Shown one piece after another: positions 20,383-30,522 of a stretch of 64,000 nt of DNA; position 1 is the stretch's first letter, and every line of letters begins with the position of its first letter. Under the pieces are notes generated by a model, which had not been told where the DNA came from, ran no database searches, and saw only the letters and a program-made list of their open reading frames with translations. The translations under genes were made by a program, and so were the position numbers. This DNA comes from a virus (Duplodnaviria > Caudoviricetes), in IMG/VR virus record IMGVR_UViG_3300020193_000017, positions 881 through 64,880 of that record. One strand, given 5' to 3'.

Positions 20383-20529
20383 TTAACGACGACCACCTTG
20401 ACCTCTGTAGTTCTTTTCGCTTCTATCGTGTTTGTTGTAGGATTTTATTCTTTTACCTGTGGACCTTTTACCAAAGGTAATTTTCATAGAAGAGGTTGAT
20501 TTTGAACCTTTTGATTTTTTTACTGCCAT
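20383..20529 (-). CDS. Small basic protein ending in YRGQG motif (48 aa; not in ORF track)
   Basis: Manual translation gives MAVKKSKGSK...SEKNYRGQGGRR*; TATTTAT lies just upstream on the minus strand. Confidence 0.7.
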   Translation of the reverse strand: MAVKKSKGSKSTSSMKITFGKRSTGKRIKSYNKHDRSEKNYRGQGGRR

Positions 20530-20601
20530 GACTAATTTTTTAATAAATAGTTATTTAATGAGAATTATTTGTATATTTGAAAAGTATATAAATCAAACCT
20601 T

Positions 20602-22554
20602 ATGGATATCCTAAAACAAAGATTCAGATATGCCGTTATAAGTGTTGCGAAGGATTATTGTGACATATCGAAAACCCATATTGAGAATCCAAACTCAGAA
20701 ATAAATGAAATTTTTGATGTACAATTATTACAAAACGAAGCATATAAACAAAGAATTCCATTCTATTCCGTCAAATCTACTGTGGATTTCTACAATTACA
20801 ATTACAAATACAAAGGTAACTACTATGATGTAAATAATGATGATAAGGAATCATCAGGACACAATGTAACATCATCAGGCAACATTGGTATAGGTACTAC
20901 ATCTCCAGCACACAAATTAGATGTTAGTGGTACAGGTAGATTCGATTCGAGGTCTCAACGCAATGGGTTCAGCCGCCTAATATTGGATATGTTTTACGGG
21001 GAAGAAAACAATCAATTTTATACCACAAAAGATAAACACATTAAAAGACACTATGGTAGACCATTCTCAAGTGTGACAATAGTAACCTTTAACAGAACAA
21101 TAAAAATTGATGGTGACAAACTAATAGCAAAATCTTACAAAACAATTAGAAGTAGAGGAATAAATAAAAAGTTTTTCAAAAGAATATATAACTCCCATAG
21201 TTTAACTATTGATTTAAAGACGGGTAATTTTACAACCGGAGAGGTTAATTATCGTGGAAAAATTCTCAATAAAAGATTTAGAAAGAATGGGTTTGCTGCG
21301 GTAGAGAACTTATTAACAATAAATAGTTTTGCAAGGTTAGATAATCACTTGAATAAAAAATTATCCATCTATAAAGAATTTATTATGGAGATGGATGATG
21401 GCGTATTTACGAACACTATTTTACATTGCATAAATCAACCATTTTTAAAAAACCCAATTAACGAAGCCCTTGGTCAACACGAGTTTTTAAATAGTTTAAT
21501 AAAATTCTTTGTTAATCGTAAACAAATTAAAACACCTAACGAATATAAAGATTTAATTAGATTTCATTATCCCGGTGAAAAGTATCTAAAGAAAAATGAC
21601 AGAAAACTCATATTGTCAGTCTTAGATAGTTACGGAATCAAATCTAAATTATCCAATAAAATTCTACATGAAAACATTTATTTGGATATAAACGAATTCA
21701 AAAATTTCGCTTCGTTTTTTGGTAAAGATTATACAAAGTATATCTCAAGTTTAAACAAATCCGCCATTCAAATTTTTGTAAAACGAAAAGACAATGGTGT
21801 AAATCACCTTGTTCCAATACCAATAGTTGATAGGAGAGGGGTATCGGTATACTCATTGAAAAGTGAAGAAAAGGAGAATATAATAAAAATTGTAAACTCA
21901 CTTACATCATCAAATGAACATCAAGAAGTTTTAAAGTCTGTTAGTGGTTTATATGGTTTGTTCAGAGACCACATTGATATGATTGAAAAATTAAGGGAGT
22001 ACAACCCATCATATAAATTAAACTCAAAAAACTATGATGAGTTTCATATGGAACATATGGAGATATCAAAACTGGTTGCATTAATTAAAAGTGGTTGGTC
22101 CACAGAATATGTTTATGATAACAGGGCGGTACGTAAAATTGAATCCCCAATAAAATATGAATACGGTGGGGTAAACTATGAATTCAACCCGGTTATCTTA
22201 AAGAGAGGCGAGGAGTATAGTGAAGAAGGGGCTTTTATGCACCATTGCGTTGCCTCGTATTCAAGTAGGTCAACATCAATGATTGTTTCAATCAGAGTGA
22301 ATGGTGGAAAAGATAGGGTAACTTGTGAATATGATAAGAAATCAGGTGAATCAATTCAAGAAAGACACTTCTGTAATAGAATACCACCCGAATATTTTAA
22401 CAAATCACTTAACATGGTTAGAGAAAGAATCAGGTCACTTCGATTTTCAAGATTGCTTGAACACATTGATATAAAAAGAGTTAGAGTTCAAATAAATGGA
22501 AAAGAAGTTGGGTTACCTCCGCAACCCGAAGAACCATTTTTTGGTTATCTTTAA
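20602..22554 (+). CDS. PcfJ-like domain protein (paralog 1)
   Basis: C-terminal EYSEEGAFMHHCVASY...SIR...RVTCE...Q..CN motif. Confidence 0.7.
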   Translation: MDILKQRFRYAVISVAKDYCDISKTHIENPNSEINEIFDVQLLQNEAYKQRIPFYSVKSTVDFYNYNYKYKGNYYDVNNDDKESSGHNVTSSGNIGIGTTSPAHKLDVSGTGRFDSRSQRNGFSRLILDMFYGEENNQFYTTKDKHIKRHYGRPFSSVTIVTFNRTIKIDGDKLIAKSYKTIRSRGINKKFFKRIYNSHSLTIDLKTGNFTTGEVNYRGKILNKRFRKNGFAAVENLLTINSFARLDNHLNKKLSIYKEFIMEMDDGVFTNTILHCINQPFLKNPINEALGQHEFLNSLIKFFVNRKQIKTPNEYKDLIRFHYPGEKYLKKNDRKLILSVLDSYGIKSKLSNKILHENIYLDINEFKNFASFFGKDYTKYISSLNKSAIQIFVKRKDNGVNHLVPIPIVDRRGVSVYSLKSEEKENIIKIVNSLTSSNEHQEVLKSVSGLYGLFRDHIDMIEKLREYNPSYKLNSKNYDEFHMEHMEISKLVALIKSGWSTEYVYDNRAVRKIESPIKYEYGGVNYEFNPVILKRGEEYSEEGAFMHHCVASYSSRSTSMIVSIRVNGGKDRVTCEYDKKSGESIQERHFCNRIPPEYFNKSLNMVRERIRSLRFSRLLEHIDIKRVRVQINGKEVGLPPQPEEPFFGYL

Positions 22555-22605
22555 TCAAAATTTTTAAGACTACACTAATCGACTTCGTTCATATATATTT
22601 TATGT

Positions 22606-23994
22606 ATGAACGTTTTGATGTATCACCATCAAATAAAAAAGGAAAAGAATACCCCTTTTGAAAATGTGGCATCGATTACTTTGTACGAGTACGAAAATCT
22701 AATTCATTTTATTTCCGAATTTAAATTCCATTATAAACTATTTGGTGGTAAAAAAATGATATCAATATGGCACGGTTTGACCATCAATTTAAAAAGTGGT
22801 GACTTCCAAGTTTCATATCAATTATTAAATGAAAACCCTGAGACATCTAAACTACTAAAGAGTAAAAATAATAGAACTAATAACAAGTTTGACGCTCTTT
22901 TAAATTTGACCGAACTTGGATTATATAAGGGGGAGAGAAGAAATAACTATTGGGGTGTAAGATATAAAAGAGCGTGCGACAAAATCATGGACATTATTTT
23001 TGGTAAAATAACACCACTCATCAAGGGAGAATTTTATCAAAATAAAAACTACCAAGATAAACCAATGTTAAATCCATTTTACGATTTAATAGTTGATTTT
23101 CATTTGGATAAAAAAAAAATCAAAGCTCACGATTCAATATATTTTTACATACGAAATGATTATCCAAAGACTAAATGGTTAAAACAAAATGATAATAAAT
23201 TTATACCGGCAGTGCTCGATATGTATGGAATTAAGTCCAAGTATTTAATAGGTGAAATCAATAAAGAAAGTACCATAGAAATTAACATTAGAACGTTAAG
23301 TTACATATGTAAATTGTTTGGTGAAGGATATGTTGATTACTTAAAACAATTTAATTGGAAGTATCATTCACAATTTTCAATGCCCAATAAAAGATATCAT
23401 ATCCTTTTAAACAATGCAGAAAAAGGATTTATGGTGAGACTATTCAAAAATTGGGGAAAGGTTGATTTGAAATCCGATTCAATAGTTAAAGGTATCAATG
23501 ATTTGTTATCGATGAGAGAATATATAAATGATAAATTTGACGATTTAAAGTTCAAAGCAAAGAATGTCCACACATTTGAAACGTTATATAAAAAATGGGA
23601 AGGGTTTAAGAATCACATAAAGAAGGGGTACAGAATAAGGGTGGTACTTAATGATGATTTTGTTAGAAAGGTGGAAGAGGGTATTTGTGTTGATGAAAAA
23701 CTATTTAATGTAAGAATATTAAAAACAGAACAGGATTTTGTGGTTGAGGGATATAATATGAAGAATTGTATGGGTAATCAATTCAACACTGCACAATTTT
23801 ATATTTACATATCCATGTCCCATAAAGGTAAGACCATAAACTTACAATACAGGAAAGGGTCGTTGTCCCAATCTTATGGAAGAGCGAATACTCCCGTAGA
23901 CCAAATATTTAATAATGCTATTGAAAAGTTAAACAAAAAAATCGCAGAACACCCTGATATTGAAATCAAAAAGGAGAAATTTGATTTTATTTGA
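22606..23994 (+). CDS. PcfJ-like domain protein (paralog 2)
   Basis: EGYNMKNCMG...QSYGRAN motif; shares LTI(D/N)LKxG(N/D)F and YGIKSK segments with paralog 1. Confidence 0.65.
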   Translation: MNVLMYHHQIKKEKNTPFENVASITLYEYENLIHFISEFKFHYKLFGGKKMISIWHGLTINLKSGDFQVSYQLLNENPETSKLLKSKNNRTNNKFDALLNLTELGLYKGERRNNYWGVRYKRACDKIMDIIFGKITPLIKGEFYQNKNYQDKPMLNPFYDLIVDFHLDKKKIKAHDSIYFYIRNDYPKTKWLKQNDNKFIPAVLDMYGIKSKYLIGEINKESTIEINIRTLSYICKLFGEGYVDYLKQFNWKYHSQFSMPNKRYHILLNNAEKGFMVRLFKNWGKVDLKSDSIVKGINDLLSMREYINDKFDDLKFKAKNVHTFETLYKKWEGFKNHIKKGYRIRVVLNDDFVRKVEEGICVDEKLFNVRILKTEQDFVVEGYNMKNCMGNQFNTAQFYIYISMSHKGKTINLQYRKGSLSQSYGRANTPVDQIFNNAIEKLNKKIAEHPDIEIKKEKFDFI

Positions 23995-24087
23995 AATATC
24001 ACAAAAAATATTTGGTGATTTGATATTTTATTTTTATATTTGAATCGGTATTTTTTGTTTTTATCAATTTTTTTATTATATTTTAAT

Positions 24088-24252
24088 ATGCAAGAAAAAG
24101 AATCCAAAACAAACACCCACTTCAGAATCAGTATTGTGAAGTCGGGAATGAGATTAGGAGCGTGTTATTGTCTCTTCACATTAAACTTTTCAGGCGCAGC
24201 CGCACTATTCTGTGTTGCAGAAATATTCGGTATCGCTGAAGAAATTTTTTAA
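24088..24252 (+). CDS. Small membrane-type hypothetical protein
   Basis: MQEKESKTNTHFRISIVKS...AEIFGIAEEIF; ATG follows an AT-rich promoter region. Confidence 0.55.
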   Translation: MQEKESKTNTHFRISIVKSGMRLGACYCLFTLNFSGAAALFCVAEIFGIAEEIF

Positions 24253-24262
24253 AACCTTAAAT

Positions 24263-24535
24263 ATGAAATATTTAAAAGACGTAAGATTTTATTTTGTAAT
24301 CCTAGCAATTGGTTTTATTTGGATGCTAAATGAAAATCTAAAAAACAAAACAGAAATTAAAAAATTAGACGACGGGGTTGTTAGATTAGAATTTGAAAAA
24401 GATAGTCTAACCTCTGAACTTTTTGTCTCAAGTGTTGAACTACATAGATATGAAATCGCCTTTGAAATTTTCATGAAAAGAAACCCTAAAGCTGCGGAAC
24501 AATATGGAACAATCATCTCCGAAGAGACAGAATAA
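24263..24535 (+). CDS. Hypothetical protein (N-terminal TM + coiled coil)
   Basis: ORF track, start refined to ATG. Confidence 0.5.
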   Translation: MKYLKDVRFYFVILAIGFIWMLNENLKNKTEIKKLDDGVVRLEFEKDSLTSELFVSSVELHRYEIAFEIFMKRNPKAAEQYGTIISEETE

Positions 24536-24890
24536 TAGAACAAAGAAAACGACCACACCTGAAAAGAAGATGATACTTGTAAGCTCTGAAAATGAAAATG
24601 TACAAGACATTGGCTCGGGCAATGATTGGATAGAGATTAAGACATTCACAATTGTTAGAATGAATGAAATAATTTGGGTGCAACATAATAATGCTCCAGT
24701 ACATTTAAGAGTTGACATAACGGCTGACCTCGGAACAATACCGAAGGAGTATCATGAGATATTCTTAAACATGATGGGTTCAAGATATTTGGGTAAAGTA
24801 AATTTCGGTGATAACCCATTCTCGCAGTGTCGACCAGTCAAAAGGAGAAAGTGGTGGCAGTTTTGGAAATCAAAATATTTTACTATATGA
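24504..24890 (+). CDS. Hypothetical protein with RKWWQFW C-terminus
   Basis: ORF track; C-terminal amphipathic KWWQFW motif. Confidence 0.5.
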   Translation: MEQSSPKRQNNRTKKTTTPEKKMILVSSENENVQDIGSGNDWIEIKTFTIVRMNEIIWVQHNNAPVHLRVDITADLGTIPKEYHEIFLNMMGSRYLGKVNFGDNPFSQCRPVKRRKWWQFWKSKYFTI

Positions 24891-25472
24891 TAATATTGTA
24901 TTCCATACTCGGTTTCTTTGTTTTTTCAATGATACTTATTGGTTACTGTTTAGCAACCGCACCTTTAATGGATGATGAGGGTAACTTATTAGATGACAAA
25001 GGAAACATTATAAACAAAAAGGGTGAAATTATTAAACCAATTGAAGAAATAAAAAAATGGTTGGAAGAAAAATATAAATCAAACAAATGAACACGTTTTA
25101 CTTTTTTTTGGGTGTACTTCCGGTGGTTGCTCTCATTTCTTATCTGTGGGTAAGGGCAATAGATAACGTGAAAAAAAATCATCCTAACTATAAAGGGGAA
25201 GATTTTTTAAATTGGGATAGAAAGAATGATAATTGGGGTGATAATTCAACAAATTCGGAAGGTAATTTTTAACCATGATAGAATTTTTTAAGAAGAATCA
25301 AAAAAACTTAACAATGGCGGGAGCGTTAGCCCTGTTGTTGTTATGTTATTTTCAAAGAAGAGAAATTAACAGACTCAGGAAGGAAAACAAATCGGTTGAG
25401 ATGATGAATATCGATGAGATTAAAACCGACTCATTGTCTAACGAATTTCTCGAAGGAAATGAAAATAAATAG
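24827..25472 (+). other. Three small N-terminal-TM hypothetical proteins (ends at 25090, 25272, 25472)
   Basis: Tandem coupled ORFs, each with one hydrophobic N-terminal segment. Confidence 0.5.
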
Positions 25473-26148
25473 CCCCTTTGTAAAGGGTTTCGTAAAAGAA
25501 ATAATTCCAAGGGTTTTCGCGGTATCAATCAAAGATAGGTACCAAAGAGCCATGTTATTTTGTAGGTACCAAGAGTTTTATGAATCACCATATCTTGAAA
25601 TAAGAGGTAAGTTTTTTTATTGGGAAGACTTCATGTCTTTGTACAAAGAAAAGAGGAAAGAAGGGATATTTACATATCCTGAAGATTGGTCTGGTTTTAA
25701 TATACCATCAAAGGTTATTCGGGAAGGTTTAGATACGTTTGACAAAGACAAGGGACCTTATGACGAGATAATGAGTAAAATATATTACTATTGTGAAGAT
25801 TATCCTCTAAGATTTCAAAAACCAAGGGGTAGGTGGTATCTGATTGCCGCCAATAATATGGATTCATCAACGATGAAACATGAGATAGCCCATGGTCTTT
25901 ATTATACGAACAACGAATATAAAAAAGGAATGAATGCTTTAATTTCTAAAATGAAAGCAAATCAATACAACAAGGTAAAGAGGTCATTAACTCGTTTGGG
26001 GTATCGTGATGATAAAAAAATAATTGACGATGAGATTCAAGCATATTTTGCGACAGGATTAGATAAAAGTTTTGGTGGTAATGAGTTTAAGAAATTACAA
26101 AAAGATTTTATAGATATATTCAATACCTACATGACCACCCCGAAGTAA
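25414..26148 (+). CDS. Hypothetical protein with HExxH (zincin-like) motif
   Basis: MKHEIAHG followed downstream by DEIQAY. Confidence 0.55.
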   Translation: MRLKPTHCLTNFSKEMKINSPFVKGFVKEIIPRVFAVSIKDRYQRAMLFCRYQEFYESPYLEIRGKFFYWEDFMSLYKEKRKEGIFTYPEDWSGFNIPSKVIREGLDTFDKDKGPYDEIMSKIYYYCEDYPLRFQKPRGRWYLIAANNMDSSTMKHEIAHGLYYTNNEYKKGMNALISKMKANQYNKVKRSLTRLGYRDDKKIIDDEIQAYFATGLDKSFGGNEFKKLQKDFIDIFNTYMTTPK

Positions 26149-26303
26149 CTCACTTGGTTGCGGTTGATGATTTAGATATGGGTAAAAATGGTGAGTCTTG
26201 GAAAGAATGGGGATTGGATAACCTTGTTTCGACCCCATTAGGAAGCCAAGGGATAAAACAATCGGGTATCAAAGATAAAATTATTCGTTTTATAATAGAT
26301 TAA
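26121..26303 (+). pseudogene. C-terminal remnant of HAD-family (Swiss-Army-knife-like) protein
   Basis: An alternative frame reads QYLHDHPEVTHLVAVDDLDM...GIKQSGIKDKIIRF*, with no N-terminus. Confidence 0.5.
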
Positions 26304-26344
26304 AACAGGTTTTTCAATATTTATTGGTAATATTTATATCTTTT

Positions 26345-27943
26345 ATGAAAAGGTCCCTTCAGGAAGAATTAGAGAAAATACACTCGATTACTTATGGTAA
26401 AAAGGTAATTAATGAGGGTATCATCGATACTATTTTACAAAAAGTTGGATTAAAGAAATCCGATGGAAAAAAGGAGGATGACCCAACCAAAGCGGATTTT
26501 GTTTCTGATGATGTTAAACAATTCTTTTCCACATTAGAAAATATAAAAACAGATATTCAACAACAAACATCTGGCGGATATGAATACCAAAAAGATGTTG
26601 AGAGTGTTCAAATTGGTTTAAAAATATTAGGTTATGATTTACCCAAATACGGAGTTGATGGTAAATACGGACCAGAGACCGCAGCCGCAGTTCAGAAATT
26701 TAAGCAAGACAATAATTTAGAAAATAAATCAAGTAATGGTAGTTCAGGAGAACAAATATCGGAATCGATATTGGTTTCAATACTTGATGATTTTAAATTA
26801 ATGAAAGAGGCGGTCCAACTTGTTCGGTTGGATGATACATCATATTCAAATGTAAGGTTTGATAGAGACGGAACTCAATATGATGAGGTAAACAAAGCAT
26901 TATTAGATGACCTACAAAAAGCGGCTTCTGCGGCTGGTGTTGTTGCAACAATTACAACCGCAAAAACTGGTCACGGATTTTTTACAAAATCTGGACATAA
27001 AAGTAGACACATGTCTAAAACGGCGGTTGATATTGCAATATTAGATGGTCAAGGAGCTAAGGGGGCATCAAATCCAAATAATGGTAATCCGTCATTTAGA
27101 GAGAAGGGTAACTTACTTAAAGATGCTTTAGTTCAATTAGGATATACTTGGAACACAGAGAGTGGTAATCCTAAAGCAGTACTTTGGCAAACCGATACCG
27201 GTGGTAATCACTACAATCACCTCCACGTCTCCAACAATTCAGGGGCGTCTACCGCTGAACTTGATGCTATGTCTTTATCTGGCGGAGGGGGTTCCTTAAT
27301 GTCACCAGAAGATATTAAAGTGTTGGTTGATAAATTAAAACAAAAAGGAGTTACATCTGAGGAATTAAAAGTATACATTGATTCTGTTTTAACAGGGGGT
27401 GGTGCTGAGTTTACCGATATAGATTTAAATACAACTGAAGGTTTTGACGTATATACTGAAATCTGTCAGAAATTTATAAGTACAAATGGTCCTAACCCAC
27501 TTGGAATTACAGGTGAGATGATGGCTAAAGGCGCTAAAGAAGCATTTATGAGATATCAACGTTATGTCCCACCAGAATTAGCATTAAGTCAATTAGTACT
27601 TGAAGGTGGTATTCGTAATGATAAGTTAGAAAGTAGACCAATCAGAACCAAAAACCCGTTCAACGTTGGTAACACCGATTCAGGCGCTAATGTTGAACAC
27701 AATGAAGTTCAGTCAGGTATCAATGCATATTACAATTTGGTGGCTAGAAATTACTTAGGTAAGGGCAAAACCGCTAAAGACTTGATTACCAACTTTGTAA
27801 ATAAGAATGGTAATCGTTATGCTACGGCTCCCGACTATGAGAAACAATTAAACGTTTTAGCATCCCAAGCCCGTAGAATTGCTACGCCGGTAATAGCGAA
27901 AGTGACCTCACAAAAAAGTTCAAGTGCTGAAACGATAGCGTAA
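26345..27943 (+). CDS. Multidomain cell-wall hydrolase (PG-binding + M15-like peptidase + glucosaminidase-like)
   Basis: YGVDGKYGPETAAAVQKFKQ (PG_binding_1); SRHMSKTAVD...HYNHLHVS (M15-type Zn ligands); PELALSQLVLEG...NPFNVG...YATAPDY (GH73-like). Confidence 0.75.
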   Translation: MKRSLQEELEKIHSITYGKKVINEGIIDTILQKVGLKKSDGKKEDDPTKADFVSDDVKQFFSTLENIKTDIQQQTSGGYEYQKDVESVQIGLKILGYDLPKYGVDGKYGPETAAAVQKFKQDNNLENKSSNGSSGEQISESILVSILDDFKLMKEAVQLVRLDDTSYSNVRFDRDGTQYDEVNKALLDDLQKAASAAGVVATITTAKTGHGFFTKSGHKSRHMSKTAVDIAILDGQGAKGASNPNNGNPSFREKGNLLKDALVQLGYTWNTESGNPKAVLWQTDTGGNHYNHLHVSNNSGASTAELDAMSLSGGGGSLMSPEDIKVLVDKLKQKGVTSEELKVYIDSVLTGGGAEFTDIDLNTTEGFDVYTEICQKFISTNGPNPLGITGEMMAKGAKEAFMRYQRYVPPELALSQLVLEGGIRNDKLESRPIRTKNPFNVGNTDSGANVEHNEVQSGINAYYNLVARNYLGKGKTAKDLITNFVNKNGNRYATAPDYEKQLNVLASQARRIATPVIAKVTSQKSSSAETIA

Positions 27944-27997
27944 TATTTTTTTTTTAATAAAATATTTTTTATCTTAGCAAATATAAAACCGACAACA

Positions 27998-28234
27998 ATG
28001 GCAAAAGACAATTGTATCATCTGCGGAAAAGAAACCCCTTACGAGTACGAAACACACATCGATTACAGAATTGGTTACATTGAAGGTGCGGGGCAACTCT
28101 GTTCGCATTGTTATCTGAAGGGTTCTCCCGAGGGAAGAGAAACCATTTGTGTACCAAAACACGTCATTTGGGAAACTCCAAACGATATGGAATTGGGTAG
28201 AAAAATTAGAAGCTACTCCAATTTTGGTATTTAA
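27998..28234 (+). CDS. Small Zn-finger-like protein
   Basis: CIIC...GAGQLCSHC. Confidence 0.55.
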   Translation: MAKDNCIICGKETPYEYETHIDYRIGYIEGAGQLCSHCYLKGSPEGRETICVPKHVIWETPNDMELGRKIRSYSNFGI

Positions 28235-28318
28235 CCTGTAATTCCATTTCAATCCATCTATAATTTCCATAATTATAATCAATTACGAAGTATTTATATT
28301 AAGTAAAACTATCGATAG

Positions 28319-29503
28319 ATGGATAAAAATACAGAAAAATATTTGAGAAGTTTAATTAAAGAATCTCTAACCTCAGATGTTGGGGAAATGGCGTATAAAC
28401 GTAAGGAAGTTAGAGATGATGGTTCTAAGTTAGCAGCGTATAGACCATTTTTTAAGCAAGATAACAATACTGAGATACCAGATTATTGGATTTGTAACCC
28501 CACAAAAGAACAGGGTAAGGACATTTTAATTGTACCTCTCGATTGTCAGGAATTATCGGAATTTGAATCCGCAAATGCCGATTGGTTAAAATCATTAGAA
28601 CAAACCCACTCATTAAAACCCCAACTTGTCGCCTGTACAAGAGGAAAATATAAGAGACCAATAGAGAAGTACCTTGAAGGTGGGTATAAACCAACAGGTG
28701 AGAGATATTCCGCAAGCGAGTGGAACAACAGAATTATTAAAGATATAGTTTCAAAACATTTCGAAAATGATGAGTTTAACAATGAACTTAACAAAAGAAG
28801 TATTCCGGGTGTTGTGTCGAAAGATAGAAAGAACGTAAGTCAATATGGTTCATTTGAAAATGAACGTATAAAATATGAGACTCACAATAACAACGGATAT
28901 GCTTCAGCATCGGATTTCTTGAGAGCAGCAATTGCTCGTTTGAATGGAGAAGAAGCACCAAAATATAAAACCTTCCACATGGCTCGCCAATATAATAATA
29001 ATTATAGTAATTGGAGAGCAGACAAAAAAATGGATAAAAGATATGCTGGTCAAACTGAAATATATCTGTTGGACGCCTTCGGTTATGAACAATCTAATTT
29101 GGATGTTTTATTAAGAGCAGATTTAGAAATTAATGGTGAAAAGTTAGCAAATAGTTTTGTTTGGAATGTGAGATTCAAAACAATTTTCGCAAAAAAGTTA
29201 CCAGATGATAGTAGATTAAAAGGTGGATTCCACGACGATAAACTATTCCAATCATCGTCAACAGCTCAACTTGATGCTAATAAAGTATTCAATGATAATA
29301 ATCCAATAATGAAGGATATCAATGTTGTAAATGCTTTGATTCAGGCAATTGAAGATTTGAAAGACCAAATTAAATCAACAAATCCAAATGATATTTTGAG
29401 GAAAGCATCGGTTAAACAATACCAAGTTGGCCCGGCCCAACCCACAGACCGTCGAATTCAAGAAAATATAATAAAAAAAATAATTAAAAAATTAAACAAT
29501 TAA
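28319..29503 (+). CDS. Hypothetical protein, probable late/virion-associated
   Basis: TATTTAT upstream; LRSLIKESL leader-like N-terminus. Confidence 0.55.
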   Translation: MDKNTEKYLRSLIKESLTSDVGEMAYKRKEVRDDGSKLAAYRPFFKQDNNTEIPDYWICNPTKEQGKDILIVPLDCQELSEFESANADWLKSLEQTHSLKPQLVACTRGKYKRPIEKYLEGGYKPTGERYSASEWNNRIIKDIVSKHFENDEFNNELNKRSIPGVVSKDRKNVSQYGSFENERIKYETHNNNGYASASDFLRAAIARLNGEEAPKYKTFHMARQYNNNYSNWRADKKMDKRYAGQTEIYLLDAFGYEQSNLDVLLRADLEINGEKLANSFVWNVRFKTIFAKKLPDDSRLKGGFHDDKLFQSSSTAQLDANKVFNDNNPIMKDINVVNALIQAIEDLKDQIKSTNPNDILRKASVKQYQVGPAQPTDRRIQENIIKKIIKKLNN

Positions 29504-29505
29504 AA

Positions 29506-29859
29506 ATGGCAATTCAAGTAACAGGATTTTTTCCAAACGCACACAATGAGAGCTACGTAAAAGACCCAGTAATTACCTTACAGGTTAAACAAGTACCAAT
29601 GGGTAAATTAAGTGTAGATTGTCTATTATGTGTCTCAAAAGAATATACCTATCCAGGTAATAACATTGCACCAAAAACAGAATTAATGCAGGTCTCAATG
29701 TTCAGCATAAATGATATCGATAGAACAGTACTAAGTTTCGACGCGTCAATCACAGACCCATACGAACAATTGTTAGCTTCGGTTCAGGATTTCTTAATTG
29801 ATAAATTCACAACCGAAAACCCAACACTAACTTTAGCTGAATACGTATCCGCTGAATAA
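29506..29859 (+). CDS. Hypothetical protein
   Basis: ORF track; coupled to the previous gene. Confidence 0.55.
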   Translation: MAIQVTGFFPNAHNESYVKDPVITLQVKQVPMGKLSVDCLLCVSKEYTYPGNNIAPKTELMQVSMFSINDIDRTVLSFDASITDPYEQLLASVQDFLIDKFTTENPTLTLAEYVSAE

Positions 29860-29908
29860 ATTAAACCAAATTGGTAATAACATTTAAAAAAATTTAAAAA
29901 CAAATAAA

Positions 29909-30250
29909 ATGAACACAAAACAATGGGTTATATCCCAATTAGAGTGCAAAATCCAAGAAGGAGATTTGCAAAATGTAGTTTACGTAGTACATTATCGCAG
30001 ACAAGCAACGGAGGTGGTTGGAGATAAAACCTACTTTGCCGACACCTATTCATCATTAGGTTTACCTGCGCCTGACCCTACGGAGTTCACCCCTTACGAG
30101 GACTTAACAAAAGCACAAGTAGAGGGATGGCTAAATGAAAATTTGCCTATTGCCGACATTGATGCAGGTTTAGATGCACAAATTGAACTTCAAAAAAATC
30201 CAACTACAAGCACACCTGAGTTGCCTTGGAATGAAAACAACCAGGCGTAA
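29909..30250 (+). CDS. Conserved phage hypothetical protein (tail-associated type)
   Basis: WVISQLEC...VVYVVHY...FTPYEDLTKAQVEGWL...LPW pattern common in aquatic phages. Confidence 0.6.
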   Translation: MNTKQWVISQLECKIQEGDLQNVVYVVHYRRQATEVVGDKTYFADTYSSLGLPAPDPTEFTPYEDLTKAQVEGWLNENLPIADIDAGLDAQIELQKNPTTSTPELPWNENNQA

Positions 30251-30256
30251 TCTATA

Positions 30257-30446
30257 TGAACTACCAAACCACTAAAGATGGTTTGGTTTCTTGGGTAGAT
30301 GAACCAACGTTCATCATACCTCCACAAGCGTAAATTTCTGCTGTTCCAGCAGTATTATTTTTTGTAAATGCAAGGTGTTTGATGTTATTTGCTGCAAGAA
30401 CATCTCGATTGTGTGTTCTTCCGCAGGAATTACAAGTGACCATCAC
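30257..30446 (-). mobile_element. IS200/IS605 tnpB 3'-remnant with right-end hairpin (non-autonomous)
   Basis: The minus strand encodes TCNSCGRTHNRDVLAANNI (TnpB Zn ribbon + RuvC-III), then hairpin ACCAAACCA-TCTTTAG-TGGTTTGGT followed by AGTTCA. Confidence 0.75.
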
Positions 30447-30522
30447 ATGGATGATATAAAAAATATTGTTGGATAGCTTGAAAAATCAAAAATAATTTCT
30501 TATATTTTTAAAAAAGGAAAAG

